Origin: Amoebidium appalachense | Lineage: Eukaryota; Protista; Ichthyosporea | Length of the DNA stretch: 64,000 nucleotides | Direction of reading: 5' to 3' | NCBI GenBank assembly: GCA_963693365.1 | Contig: CAVNZM010000004.1 | Coordinates: forward strand, 1,234,949 to 1,298,948 | In this document: one piece after another, positions 11,843 to 24,763 of the stretch | Layout: each line of letters starts with the position of its first letter | How positions within the stretch are numbered: the first letter of the stretch is position 1 | Notes under the pieces: model-generated | The model's input: the letters and a program-made list of their open reading frames with translations, nothing else | Told to the model about the DNA's origin: nothing | Database searches by the model: none | Position numbers and translations under genes: made by a program

Positions 11843-14800
11843 ATGGGCCGGATCCTCTTCAGCGCGGCTGTGCTTGGCGCAGTCAGCGTGCAGGTGCAGG
11901 GCCACTTTCTGTTCAAGAAACCAGTTGCACCCAAACCACCCGCAGCAATCGAGTACGCTGATGCCACCACCTTCCCTGCCCCCAAGGGATACCGCTGCAT
12001 TGATGACCAGCCTGCCGGCAACCTCATCAAACCATACACAGATCAGCCCTCGGCAGATGCCTGCCAGACAAGGTGCGGTGAAACGGCCGGCTGTGGATTC
12101 TACACCTACTACCCCGGGTCCAAATGGTGCAACACGTACAAAACATGCAGCCGCCTGTTCACAGAGGGTGTGGATGTCACCGCCTACAAAATGTGTAAGT
12201 ACTTTTCCTGACTCCCAGTGATCTAGGCTACAGTAAACTGCCCTAAACGCAGCGGTACATGTGCGTATATTGTCTGGCTCGCACAACCAACTTGTAAGTC
12301 TCGAAGGATCAATGTGGTTGCGTTTTTAGTCATAAACTCATGCAATCGTTTTGCTCTAAATTATGAGGTATAAAGATAACTTGAATTATTCTTACCTACT
12401 TTGCCATGAATACTAATGCAGTTTTAAATTATTCTTACCTACTTTGCCTACCATGAATACTAATGCAGTTTTATATGTGGACAAAAGTTCAATTAAAAGA
12501 CCAAGAGTGTCCTGACTAATATTTCCACCCTAATTTTTCACCACCCTAATTTTTCACAGAATCACGAGTTGTGTAGTCTGGTATTGGTCGTTGTGGGATA
12601 ACTGCCACTTCCCGATGATACATACAGCCAAAATATTTGGCTGCAGGAGGCCTGACTGCCGCAAGCTTCAAGCCGGCCACCAATACCATAACAATGAGAC
12701 ATGGGGTGACTTCATACTGTCGAAAGCATTTTTAACCAACCAACCCCCCGACCACCCCCAGCAGCCAACCCACCCGCAGCAATCAACTTCGTCGATGCCA
12801 CCACCTTCCCTGCCGCCAAGGGATACCGCTGCATTGATGACCAGCCTGCCGGCAACCTCATCAAACCATACACAGATCAGCCCTCGGCAGATGCCTGCCA
12901 GACAAGGTGCCGTGAAACGGCCGGCTGTGGATTCTACACCTACTACCCCGGGTCCAAATGGTGCAACACGTACAAAACATGCAGCCGCCTGTTCACAGAG
13001 GGTGTGGATGTCACCGCCTACAAAATGTGTAAGTACTTTTCCTGACTCCCAGTGATCTAGGCTACAGTAAACTGCCCTAAACGGTTGGCGCGTTAAATCG
13101 GCCCAGTGATCTAGGGTACTGTAAACTGCCCTAAACGGCTGGCGCGTTAAATCGGCTCTATGTTGTCGGCTAGGCATAGCAGGAACACTTGGCACTTCGT
13201 TCGATATAATATTCCTAAATTCGAAATCAGATGGGCATCTCCTTTCGTCCTCTTGTCCTGGAAGTGCATATCATACATCGTACACGATACCAACACCATA
13301 TCCCGGTGTTCAGCTTGTCAACATCCCCCCCCCCCCCCCCCCTCCCCTCCTCCCCCTCCCCCTCCCCTCAAACACAAACACGCTGTGAAGTCTTGTCACG
13401 AGTTGTGCACGTGTAGTCTGGTATTGGTCGTTGTGGGATAACTGCCACTTCCCGATGATACATACAGCCAAAATATTTGGCTGCAGGAGGCCTGACTGCC
13501 GCAAGCTTCAAGCCGGCCACCAATACCATAACAATGAGACATGGGGTGACTTCATACTGTCGAAAGCATTTTTAACCAACCAACCCCCCGACCACCCCCA
13601 GCAGCCAACCCACCCGCAGCAATCAACTTCGTCGATGCCACCACCTTCCCTGCCGCCAAGGGATACCGCTGCATTGATGACCAGCCTGCCGGCAACCTCA
13701 TCAAACCATACACAGATCAGCCCTCGGCAGATGCCTGCCAGACAAGGTGCCGTGAAACGGCCGGCTGTGGATTCTACACCTACTACCCCGGGTCCAAATG
13801 GTGCAACACGTACAAAACATGCAGCCGCCTGTTCACAGAGGGTGTGGATGTCACCGCCTACAAAATGTGTAAGTACTTTTCCTGACTCCCAGTGATCTAG
13901 GCTACAGTAAACTGCCCTAAACGGTTGGCGCGTTAAATCGACCCAGTGATCTAGGCTACTGTAAACTGCCCTAAACGGCTGGCGCGTTAAATCGGCTCTA
14001 TGTTGTCGGCTAGGCATAGCAGGAACACTTGGCACTTCGTTCGATATAATATTCCTAAATTCGAAATCAGATGGGCATCTCCTTTCGTCCTCTTGTCCTG
14101 TAAGTGCATATCATACATCGTACACGATACCAACACCATATCCCGGTGTTCAGCTTGTCAACATCCCCCCCCCCCCCCTCCCCCTCCTCCCCCTCCCCCT
14201 CCCCTCAAACACAAACACCCTGTGAAGTCTTATCACGAGTTGTGTAGTCTGGTATTGGTCGTTGTGGGATAACTGCCACTTCCCGATGATACATACAGCC
14301 AAAATATTTGGCTGCAGGAGGGCCTGACTGCCGCAAGCTTCAAGCCGGCCACCAATACCATGACAATGAGACATGGGGTGACTTCATACTGTCGAAAGCA
14401 TTTTTAACCAACCAACCCCCCCACCACCCCCAGCAGCCAACCCACCCGCAGCAATCAACTTCGTTGATGCCACCACCTTCCCTGCCCCCAAGGGATACCG
14501 CTGCATTGATGACCAGCCTGCCGGCAACCTCATCAAACCATACACAGATCAGCCCTCGGCAGATGCCTGCCAGACAAGGTGCCGTGAAACGGCCGGCTGT
14601 GGATTCTACACCTACTACCCCGGGTCCAAATGGTGCAACACGTACAAAACATGCAGCCGCCTGTTCACAGAGGGTGTGGATGTCACCGCCTACAAAATGC
14701 GTAAGTACTCTTCCTGACTCCCAGTGATCTAGGCTACAGTAAACTGCCCTAAACGGCTGGCGCGTTAAATCGGCTCTATGTTGCCGGCTAGGCATAGCAG

Positions 14801-17391
14801 GAACAGTTGGCACTTCGTTCGATATAATATTCCTAAATTCGAAATCAGATGGGCATCTCCTTTCGTCCTCTTGTCCTGGAAGTGCATATCATACATCGTA
14901 CACGATACCAACACCATATCCCGGTGTTCAGCTTGTCAACCCCCCCTCCCCCTCCCCTCCTTCCCCTCCCCTCAAACACAAACACAAACACGCTGTGAAG
15001 TCTTGTCACGAGTTGTGTAGTCTGGTATTGGTCGTTGTGGGATAACCGCCACTTCCCGATGATATATGCAGCCAAAAGTTTTGGCTACATGTATACAAAA
15101 TGCGTAAGCACTTTTCCTGACTCCCAGTAATCTAGGCTACAGCAAACTGCTTTAAACGGCCAGCGTGTCAAATCGGTTCAATGTTGTCGGCCAGGCGTAG
15201 CAGGAATGTTTGGAATACATTGCAATGCACATGCTTAGTCAGGATGAAGGTGTAGTCTCTTTGCAAATTATTATGGCTCGCCTTATAAGTTATTGGTCGC
15301 CACTCGTACATGATACAAAAGTAGGCCTATTTCCTTCACATTTCCTATGCGTTCAATGTAGCTTTGAGGGACTGAGTCTAAGTGCAGGTTTATTTTCCAG
15401 GAAAGTCATAAGCTTGTAAGCCACGGGGTAGAAAACTTAATCCATACACCCACAGCTGCAGGCGATGAGCCGGCCGATGGAACCATGACCATTGTGATTC
15501 TCGATGCCAGCGGCAAGCCCGTACCCAACCTGCCGGTCCAGATCATCGATGATGTCACCGGCAAGGTCATCGTCAAGCCCACCACCGATGCCAACGGCAA
15601 AATCACAATCACCGTCCCGCCCGGCAAGTACTCCGTTGTGCCCGTGTGGCCCCCCAACAAGCGCCCCCCTGCACCCAACGACAAGTTCACCATCGTGGTG
15701 GGGTCTGGGCAGAACAAATTATTCACTCAGACCTTCAGCATCCCGGAGGAGAACGGTTCGATGACAATTGTGATCAAGGGCCCGGACGACACACCGTTGG
15801 CAGATACGGACGTTGAAATTTTTGACGAAGACAACAACCTTGTGGACGTGCAGACCACCGACGCAGACGGCAAACTGACCATCGTAGTCAAGCCCGGCAA
15901 ATACACCATTGTGCCCGTATATGCCAACGGCCAGAAGCCAGCCCCGCCCGACGACAAGTTCACTGTGGTCGTGGGCCCCGGCAAGAACCCAGACTTCAGC
16001 CAAACGGTGGTGATTCAGACCACCGGCCGCATCCAGGGCACCATTTTCAACGACCTGAACAAGAACAACAAGGTGGATGCAGGCGAGGGCATTGCAAAGT
16101 CCATTGTGAGTCTGCTGCAGGGCGGAGTCAAGCTCAGCCCCGACCAGCAAACCTCCGCCACCGGGCAGTATGCATTCACCAACCTTAAGCCGGGCACGTA
16201 CACGGTGGTGATTGCCAAGATCACAGGGTTCACACTGCCACCTGGTGCCGTCACAACAAAAGAAATCGTCGTGGCCTCTGGCAGCACATCCACGTTTGAC
16301 TTCCGCATTCTTGGCAACCCTACCCCCACCACAGGTACAGTATGGTGCTTCACATATTATTCCTTTCGCAAAACAGTGTCTTGTTCACCTTCAACATGCC
16401 ATTGGCAAAACTTGGTTGGGCTGCAGGTTCCTGGTATGACCTAGGGCCTATCATCATACAACATGCCATTGGCAAAACTTGGTTGGGCTGCAGGTTCCTG
16501 GTATGACCTAGGGCCTATCATAGTGACTGTGAATTACACGCACGCAATTGCAAGTCACCACGGCCTGACATGGCCAAGTGCTCTGTTGGACGAGTATATG
16601 GTGCGGGCACACACAAGTGCGTACACCAGCTTCAAGTGTACAGACCAGTAAGAACAAAGGGCAGAACGTTGCGCACGCTGACATGGAGACTTAAGACATC
16701 GTCCAGTCGTAGAAGAGGTTGCTCACGCTCATGCTGCACACACACAGGCTCTGTGGCCGGCAAGGTGTACCTGGACAACGACAACACGCGGACGTTTGGT
16801 GCCGGGGACGAATTGATTCCCGGCATCCCCGTCAGCCTGGTCAGCTCGACGGGCAAGGTGGTCGGGTCGACCACCACCAGCGCCCAGGGGGCCTTCTCGT
16901 TCCCCACGGTGGCTGCTGGCAGCTACACGGTCAAGGCCGATCTGTCGTCACGTGATGACGTGGCCAGCCCCCAGGCGGAGGGCGCCATCACCGTGAGGGA
17001 CGGTGGCAAGATCACCCTAGACTTTGCCATCGAAGGTGCGTCTGGCCTGCCAAGGCATACTCTGCAATTGTCTTACGCCTCCCTCCCCCTCTACTTCCCC
17101 CCCCCCCCCCCCCCCCCCCAACACACACACACACACACACACACAGGCACGCGCACGCTCGTGCGCACACACACAGGCACACATACACACCCACACCCAA
17201 AACAACCACCACCACCACCATCACCATGCACTCGCAATCAGTGGCACTTCTCACTCACACTCACGCTCGCTCTCATTCGCCCACGACCACCACGAACTCA
17301 CACTCACGCTCGCTCTCATTCGCCCACGACCACCACGAACACTGTTACAGTAGAAGCTCGAAAAAGGGGTTGGGTTTTTTTTTTTTTTTTT

Positions 17392-17432
<41 letters not shown>

Positions 17433-17933
17433 CTTTAGCTCAAACTGTGTACCGTATGATTCAATCTGTTTTTACCCTTTTAGTCAAGAAGGTGCATGGA
17501 CGCGTGGCCGGACGGTTTCAAACTTTTTTTTTTTTCCTTTTTCGCGTGTGTGTGTGTGTGTGTATGCGTGCGCGCGTGGGAGAGGGGGGTGGGCCGGGCA
17601 CTTTTACTTGTCGAACGACTCCATTCCACGTCGGCTTCTCTTCCCTTTGAGTCCGTTGTTACCGCCAACGTAACGCAAAGTCCGCACCCCCTTTCAATGC
17701 TTATGCTTCTCTGTCATTCATTCATTCACTTGAAGCTCTCTGACTGACCGTTGCCTTCATACATTTGAGCAGTTGCTCCAAAGCAGCCGGATGAACCTTC
17801 CTTCGTGGACAACTTTGACGATTTTGCGGATTACGGCGATTTTGCGGATTACGGCAATGGAAATGGGAACGGCTATGGTAACGGCAACGGCAACAGCAAT
17901 GGCCAAGGATATGGCAATAGCGGGAAGTCTTAG
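11843..17933 (+). CDS. Spliced gene for a secreted modular adhesin-like protein, paralog 1 (~823 aa): signal peptide + 4 PAN/Apple-like type-A domains + 2 Ig/CnaB-like repeats + 2 SdrD-B-like repeats + G/N/Y/D tail. Exons 11843-12194, 12765-13028, 13605-13868, 14437-14700, 15456-16334, 16748-17035, 17773-17933
   Basis: All introns are GT..AG and phase 1 and join into one open frame (A exons have NAGNAG acceptors, +3 nt possible). Hydrophobic N-terminus MGRILFSAAVLGAVSVQVQG. Cys pattern C-x21-C-x3-C-x5-C-x11-C-x5-C. Stalk motifs GRIQGTIFNDLNKNNKVDAGEGI and GSVAGKVYLDNDN. Last exon VAPKQPDEPSFVDNFDDFADYG...GKS*. Confidence 0.8.
12561..15075 (+). repeat. Three tandem ~830-840-bp intron+exon units (type-A PAN exon)
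   Basis: Exons recur at 12765, 13605 and 14437 with near-identical introns. Confidence 0.95.
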
Positions 17934-18885
17934 TAGAATACGGTAAGTATAGTCTCGCATGACGTAGGAGCATACTACTACAGTAGAGCTCAAGGCACCG
18001 ATTCAGAAACCACCGAGTCTCAGATCTACATGCTAGCTGCTCGGCATAGAGAGGTCTGTCATGTTAAAAACTTTGAAATAAACATTTCACGGCAACAACT
18101 AAGCATAGGTCCCCAGCAATCATTTCTTTTTTACATGGTATCTTCCGGGACCTGTTTCCACAATAATAATTTGGTTACTGAGTTTGGTGTTGCATCCTTT
18201 ATATAATGAGAATGCCATTGTGGTGTCATAAACAGTGGTATGCTACCTGTGGGTGCCACGGACTGCCGGGTGTGTGCAGTTTGCATACTGGATGTATTGA
18301 TTGTCATTGGATTAGAAGTTTTTTATTTAGTGACGGACTTATTGCTTTAATATATACGTATAATATATGATGGTGGTGATATGTCATGGCATCTGATGGG
18401 ACATGGCATCTGATGGGTCCCGCACCATAAGGATCGTCCCAAATGTATGTCCGATCCTCCTCCCCCCCCCCCCCCCGGCCCCCCCAAACCCCCGCTGTTT
18501 TTGGAATTCAAGGGGTCTCGGGATATAACATCATTCTTAGAAGGCTCCCTATATTATATCTAGATCTACTCGTGCTATATCATGTGATGCATTAGGAGCT
18601 GCCACGTAACACTATTTTTCGACAACGGAGCCTCCCAGGAGTCTCTTTCCATCTATGCCACTGCCCCCTCCCCCTTCCCCCGCTAGCTCGAGGCACATTC
18701 TTTGAACTCTGAGCTTTTTCTTAGTTACTAATTAGATTTTAGGATCGCTCTCGCAGCTAATTCTCTCTCTCTGAGCTAAAGAGAGGGAATGATGAGTCAT
18801 TCCCTCTCTTTAGCTCAGAGAGAGTTTTTCTGTCTCCGAGGTCTCGGGTCCATATAATATCCCTCTTCCCCCGAGTCCCTCTCAC

Positions 18886-18925
<40 letters not shown>

Positions 18926-18955
18926 CATCTCTCTCCCTCCATCTCTCTCACTCCA

Positions 18956-18991
<36 letters not shown>

Positions 18992-19002
18992 CCTCTCTCC
19001 GA

Positions 19003-19045
<43 letters not shown>

Positions 19046-19275
19046 TTACCTCTCTCTCTCTCTCTCTGAGAGCCTCTCTCTCCCCATTCCCTCCCTCCTT
19101 CTTAACCCCCCCCCCCCCCCCCGTCTCTTTGTCTCCCCCCCAGGAGGGGCCTCTCTCTCTCCCCCTCTCAGTGATAGATAAATGGTCCTCTCTCTCCTCA
19201 GTGGGTCTATCTCTCTCTCTCACCCTGGCTCTGTGATTCCCTCTCTAGATCTTTGGATCTAGATGTCTCTCTGTA

Positions 19276-19998
19276 CAGGGGGTGACTCAAATTAAGATAA
19301 TTTGAAATTAAGATAAATAGTGCTATTTTATTTTTAAAAGAATAAGAGAATAGGGTCTACCAAACCTGGTGGATATTTAAGATCATTGCCGTGGTGGTGG
19401 TGGGGGGGGGGGGGGGGGGGGGGGGGAGGGATGGGGGGATGTTTACACAGAACCTGGAGGCGGCCGGTTAATATATAGAGACAATGATATTGTCGGCTTA
19501 TGAGAAGGATAATGATTGCTAACGCTAAACCCTCTCACCGCCCTGGTTGTCTTCACCTCTAACTGAGTGTTCCACTTGGGGGTTGGGGAGTGGGGGTGTT
19601 GATGGGTGGGGGGGAAATCAGTGACCCACTAACTGTTTGAAAGGGTGTGGGGGGGGGGGGGGGGGGGAGGGGGGCGCCACCCATATCAAAAAGGAGCCTC
19701 CCCTACACCCCCCCCCCCCTCCCCCCCCCCCCCCCCGGAGGGCCCCCCATACACACACACACAGTCCCCCCTCACCCCCCCCGGCCCCCCCCCCCCCCCC
19801 CCCGAGGGCCCCAAGGAAGGCATCCACGAACCCACCAATGACTGATTTTGGTCACTAATACATATGTTGGACACAGATATCGCTATTAGCAAGCTTTACA
19901 GTTTGTATCCATCTTTCAAGGTAAGGCTACATGTGTCCGGCCTATAGAACTAGCCCTTGTCCCTCATCCCTCGAGCTCCCCCCCGCTCCTCCGAATCC

Positions 19999-20029
<31 letters not shown>

Positions 20030-20343
20030 AAAATTAAAATAAAAATAAAAATAATGAATGCGGGGAGCGCAGGGAGGGGGTGGAGGGTTTTCAATATTTA
20101 CCACTAGCTTTCCGATGCAATCGAGAGTCAAAAGAATAAGGCTCTTAGCGCAACTCACGGACGAAACTGATCGATATGGACTTGACAAATATATTCTCGA
20201 GGTGATGCACACACATAGTATCCGAATGCAGAAGCACATGCAAACACACAAAACACACACACACATGTGCGTACGCGCAAACGGCGCACGCTTGCACGCA
20301 CGCACACACAAAGCACAACACACATGCACAGCAAGAGAGAGGG

Positions 20344-20384
<41 letters not shown>

Positions 20385-20410
20385 GGGAGAGAGAGAGATC
20401 TTAAAACAGA

Positions 20411-20442
<32 letters not shown>

Positions 20443-20754
20443 GAGGGAGGGAGGGAGGGGGAGGGGGGAGAGAGAGAGAGAGAGAGAGAGAGAGATGTAC
20501 ATATGGCATCATACTCACGCCCCACGCGCCGTCGCGCAAGTTGCAGCATGCCCAGACACACACGAACGCATTCGTGCACACGTACGCGTGGACGTGTGCA
20601 TACACATCGACTAAATTCGTACACAAGCACATCCATATATCATAATGCATACAAATACATGCAGCACGTACGCCTGCGCATACACACACACATACACACA
20701 CCAACCCTCCACATGCACACACGTGCACACACACACACACACACGCCCCCCCCC

Positions 20755-20789
<35 letters not shown>

Positions 20790-20811
20790 CCGCCATGCCA
20801 CATACACACAA

Positions 20812-20869
<58 letters not shown>

Positions 20870-21081
20870 GCACGCACGCCGCACGCACGTGCGTTAGCAA
20901 GTGCGCCTTGTGTGCACACATATGCGGTTTGGAAGATGTACATGTGCAGCCAGCTGCCAGAACCAGCATTGATTCGACTTTTTTGTGTGTAAGATCAGTG
21001 TTCGAAGTCTTGTTTGAGATGACAGGGGCCCTTTTAAATGAGCTATATTAGCATAGTCGGCCTTTTTCATAAGAATGGAAG

Positions 21082-21117
<36 letters not shown>

Positions 21118-21251
21118 CCCTTCCCCTCCCCGTGCGGACACAACCCACCCCAAGTAAATTTTAAGATCATTTAGGCTATGGTCCCTGAAAAATTAAGATA
21201 ATTAGCCCCTATTTCCAAAGTACCCATGATCTTAATTTCAGTCACCCCCTG
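19276..21251. mobile_element. Non-autonomous Tc1/mariner-type TIR element, ~1.98 kb
   Basis: TA|cagggggtgactcaaattaagat ... atcttaatttcagtcaccccctg|TA; 23-bp TIR with 1 mismatch, TA on both sides; no intact transposase ORF. Confidence 0.85.
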
Positions 21252-21273
21252 TAATACTTATTGAGGCCTAAAG

Positions 21274-21347
<74 letters not shown>

Positions 21348-21357
21348 ACCCCTTGAC

Positions 21358-21405
<48 letters not shown>

Positions 21406-22066
21406 TCTCTCTCTCTCTCTCTCTCCCCCCCCCCTCCCCCCCCCTCCCCCCTCTCCAGAACGCTCTCTCTCGATCTCTCAAACTCTCGAGCTCTCTATTG
21501 ATCACCATTATCCCTCCCCCCCCCTCCCCCCCCCCCCTCCCCCCCCCCCCCCCCCCCCCCTCTCTCTCTTTCTCACTCGCCTCAGGCCCAGTCCGACAAA
21601 TCAGGTCCTCTCCAATCTCTCCCTCTCCCTCTCCTTTCGACGAGTCTTTCTTTCCGAACCCTCACTCTTTTTCCGCCTCTATCTCCATCCCTCCCTACCT
21701 CTCCTGTCTCTTATGAAATTATCTCCCACCGAGATCTCCAGCCCTCCCCAGGCCTCCGACCGTCTCTCTCCCTCTCTCATGATCCGTCTCTGGTCTCGAG
21801 CTCTCGAGATCATCATCATCAGTCTTGTCTTCCTCTCACAGAGACTCTCTCTTTCGAAGGCTTTCCCTCTCTTCTCCTTCAAAATCTGTTTCCCCCTCCC
21901 CCCCCCACCCCCACCCCCCTCCCCACCCACTGTTCAGTCGCGATCGACTGAGCCCTTTCTCTCTTTGTTTAGCACTATGTACTATGTATTAGAGAGAGCC
22001 TCTGACTCTCGAGCTCCGAGTCTCCTCCCCCTCCCGCAGCCCCTAAGAGTCTTAGGCCTCCCCCCA

Positions 22067-22151
<85 letters not shown>

Positions 22152-22545
22152 CGAACACAAGCAAGCACACATGCGCACAAACACACACACACTTGAAGCA
22201 CACAAGCTTGCGCACACACAAGCACACCACCCCTCGAGCCTCGCAGGCCCTAGACTAGCTATGTAGGCCTGCCTCGGCGGATAACTCCCTTGGTCCCGGG
22301 GGGGGGGGGGGGGGGGGGGTAACCCCCCAAAATTATCTTCGTATTAACATTTTTATGATTAACTTAATGATTTGTGATCCCATACCCCCCCACCCCCTCC
22401 CCCCACACCCCTACCCTCTCTCCCTTCCCTTCCTCCCCACAACACACACATGCGTCGAAGACAAGTAGCCTCGACGCGTGCGCGCGCGCGCGCGCGCGCG
22501 CGCGTGTGTTTGTGTGTGTGTGTGTGCGTGTGTGTGTGTGCGCGT

Positions 22546-22845
22546 GTGTGTACAGTAGAAGCGTGGTAACAGCTAGGTCACCAATACCTTCAGCTAGAGC
22601 AAGACCAATTCTACAGGAAGGCAATACGTTTTTAGATGTTACACATGCGATTGCCATATTTGGCAATATGATTAAGGTGGTCCGATGACTAAATACATAT
22701 GAAACGAGACAAAGGCTTAGTTTTTCAAGGTGTCTGCTTGCATCAAGTCTAGTGTCCTGTGGCAATTTTTTTCTATTGTTATTTTGTGTGATTTTTTTGT
22801 GATTATGTACATGTCTAATAAGTAGGTGGCAGTCCCAAGTCACAC
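22546..22845 (-). pseudogene. Older diverged fragment of the LINE-like RT C-terminus
   Basis: Translation VTWDCHLLIRHVHNHKKITQ...HLEKLSL...VLPSCRIGLALAEGI matches the young copies, with frameshifts. Confidence 0.85.
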
Positions 22846-23858
22846 CCACCTCACAGCTCCACCTGAATACGTCAGACCCCCCTCACCGAACAGGGGAAAC
22901 CTGTCGCTGGGTGGGTGCTTGTGTGTGTGTGTGTGTGTGTGTGTCCTTGTGTGTGTGTGCGTGTGTCTTTGTGTGTCTGTGTGTGTTTGTGTGTGTGTGT
23001 ATGTGTGTGTGTGTGGGTGTGTGTGGGTGCGTGCGTGCCTGTGTGACACCTGACGTCTTGATATCATTGGGTTAGCGAGTACCATGAGTAGAGATTTGCC
23101 TTTTTTGGATAATGACCTCAACACCCCTCTCATCGGTGCTTTCGAAAAAGGGAAAACACGGTTAGATTAGTTGAAAGGGGAGGGGGGGGGGGGGGGGGGG
23201 GGAAGGGGGGAAGGGGGGGGGGGAGGGGGGGGGGGGGGGGGGGAGGGGCGATTTCGCCGATTTTCTCAGCAGCCCAATTAAGGAAAACTCTGGCACGTAC
23301 TGACTGTGCCCTCTAGCCTATGTACGATAAATCGACGCTGGCTGTCACGTGATCAGTCGCTCTCCGTATCGTCCGCGTCTCCTTGAAAAATAAGAGCTAC
23401 CTCAGAAGGTAGCAGGAAAAAACTGCTTAAAAAGGGCACTTTGTCATGAGTGCTTTCGAAAAAGACATACAAGGTTAGATTAAGCTTAGTGCCGGGGCTA
23501 GGAATAGGAGGAAAAGTCAGTCTCTGCAAGTAGCCTCATTCTTGGTGGCGGGAGACGTCTTCCGGCCGACTCCCCTCACCTCGAGTTGATTACTCGCTGG
23601 AAACAGCCGCCCCTGCCATTCTCTTCCCCGCTCCTCCCCTCACACTCACACTGGATTTGTAGGGTGGTAATTTACGCCCAAGCGACACCTCCATAGTGTG
23701 CCGCCCAACCAAAGGAAGAGAGCTGAAGTGGCCTTATATGATCATGTACGACGATATGTAGGCAGGACAGAGGGCCAATGCCCATATATGGCAGGTAGGA
23801 AAGACATGAAAAGTCCCATGACTGGGGGGGGGGGGGGGGGGTTTGCAATTGTGTTGAA

Positions 23859-24077
23859 GGGGTTTGTGCTGTTTACTCGAGGCAGACAGAGACCAGTTTC
23901 CAGTTTCAGGTAAGGGGCCTTTTGCTTGGTATATCCCCTCAGCGCTATATCATGATCAGGTACATGGAAGGCGAGTAGTTGGTCCCCCCCCCCTCCCCCC
24001 CCCCCCCCCCCCTCCCTCCCCTTGTTTTTATCCCCCTTCTATTTCTTCGCCGGGGCTGGGTCACTTGGTATCAGCTG

Positions 24078-24166
<89 letters not shown>

Positions 24167-24378
24167 CTAGCGTTTCGTGTTGCCATGTTGCTCGAGCCAA
24201 CCAATACATCTAATATAGAGATTATAACCACGTGTGTTTAACAAAAAATTAGGATGTTGCCATTTTCGAGCCGCTGGGTGTCTGTGAATGTGTGGTGTGT
24301 GTGCTGCGGTATAAGGTGGTATATCAATCTCCATTTAGCAATAAATGACCGTTCAAATTTGTCATGTATGTGTTGTTT
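23859..24378 (-). pseudogene. Older diverged 3' end (UTR + last codons) of the LINE-like family
   Basis: Starts ggggtttgtgctgtttactcgaggca, the same terminus as the young copies; also atatcccctcagcg..tatatcatgatca and ggtatcagctgg(TG)n. Confidence 0.85.
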
Positions 24379-24548
24379 AAGCTACCCCCCCCCCCCCCCC
24401 CCCCCCCCCCCCGCCCAAAAAAAAACAAAAAACCAAACAAAGAAACAAAAAAGATAAATACACTAAATAAATAAAAGAATAATTTAAAAACTGTCAACAC
24501 ACAAAGAAGGCACACATGCACACACACACACACACATGCACACACGCG

Positions 24549-24595
<47 letters not shown>

Positions 24596-24763
24596 GTACA
24601 CACACCACACGCGCGCATGCGCACAAACACACACATAGACGCTCGCGCGCACACACACACACACGCGCGCACACGTTCCCCCTAACCCTCTTTCCCCCCC
24701 CCCCCCTTCCTCCCCCCCCCCCCCCCCCCCCCCCCCCTTCTCTTCCCACATTCAAAAACCCGG

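Noticed and set aside
11837-12211. Stand-alone 124-aa secreted protein (also 39136-39510)
   Set aside because: The ORF runs through a consensus gtaagt donor at 12195 and in-frame downstream exons exist; treated as exon 1, though a short isoform is not excluded
12591-14813. Repeated 139-175-aa ORFs (MWDNCHF..., MPSVPAM...)
   Set aside because: Alternative-frame or antisense readings across the A exon and its intron; they recur only because the unit is tandemly repeated
15485-17035. Bacterial contamination or a prokaryotic operon
   Set aside because: The domains are bounded by spliceosomal GT-AG sites in frame with eukaryotic exons and occur in both duplicated copies
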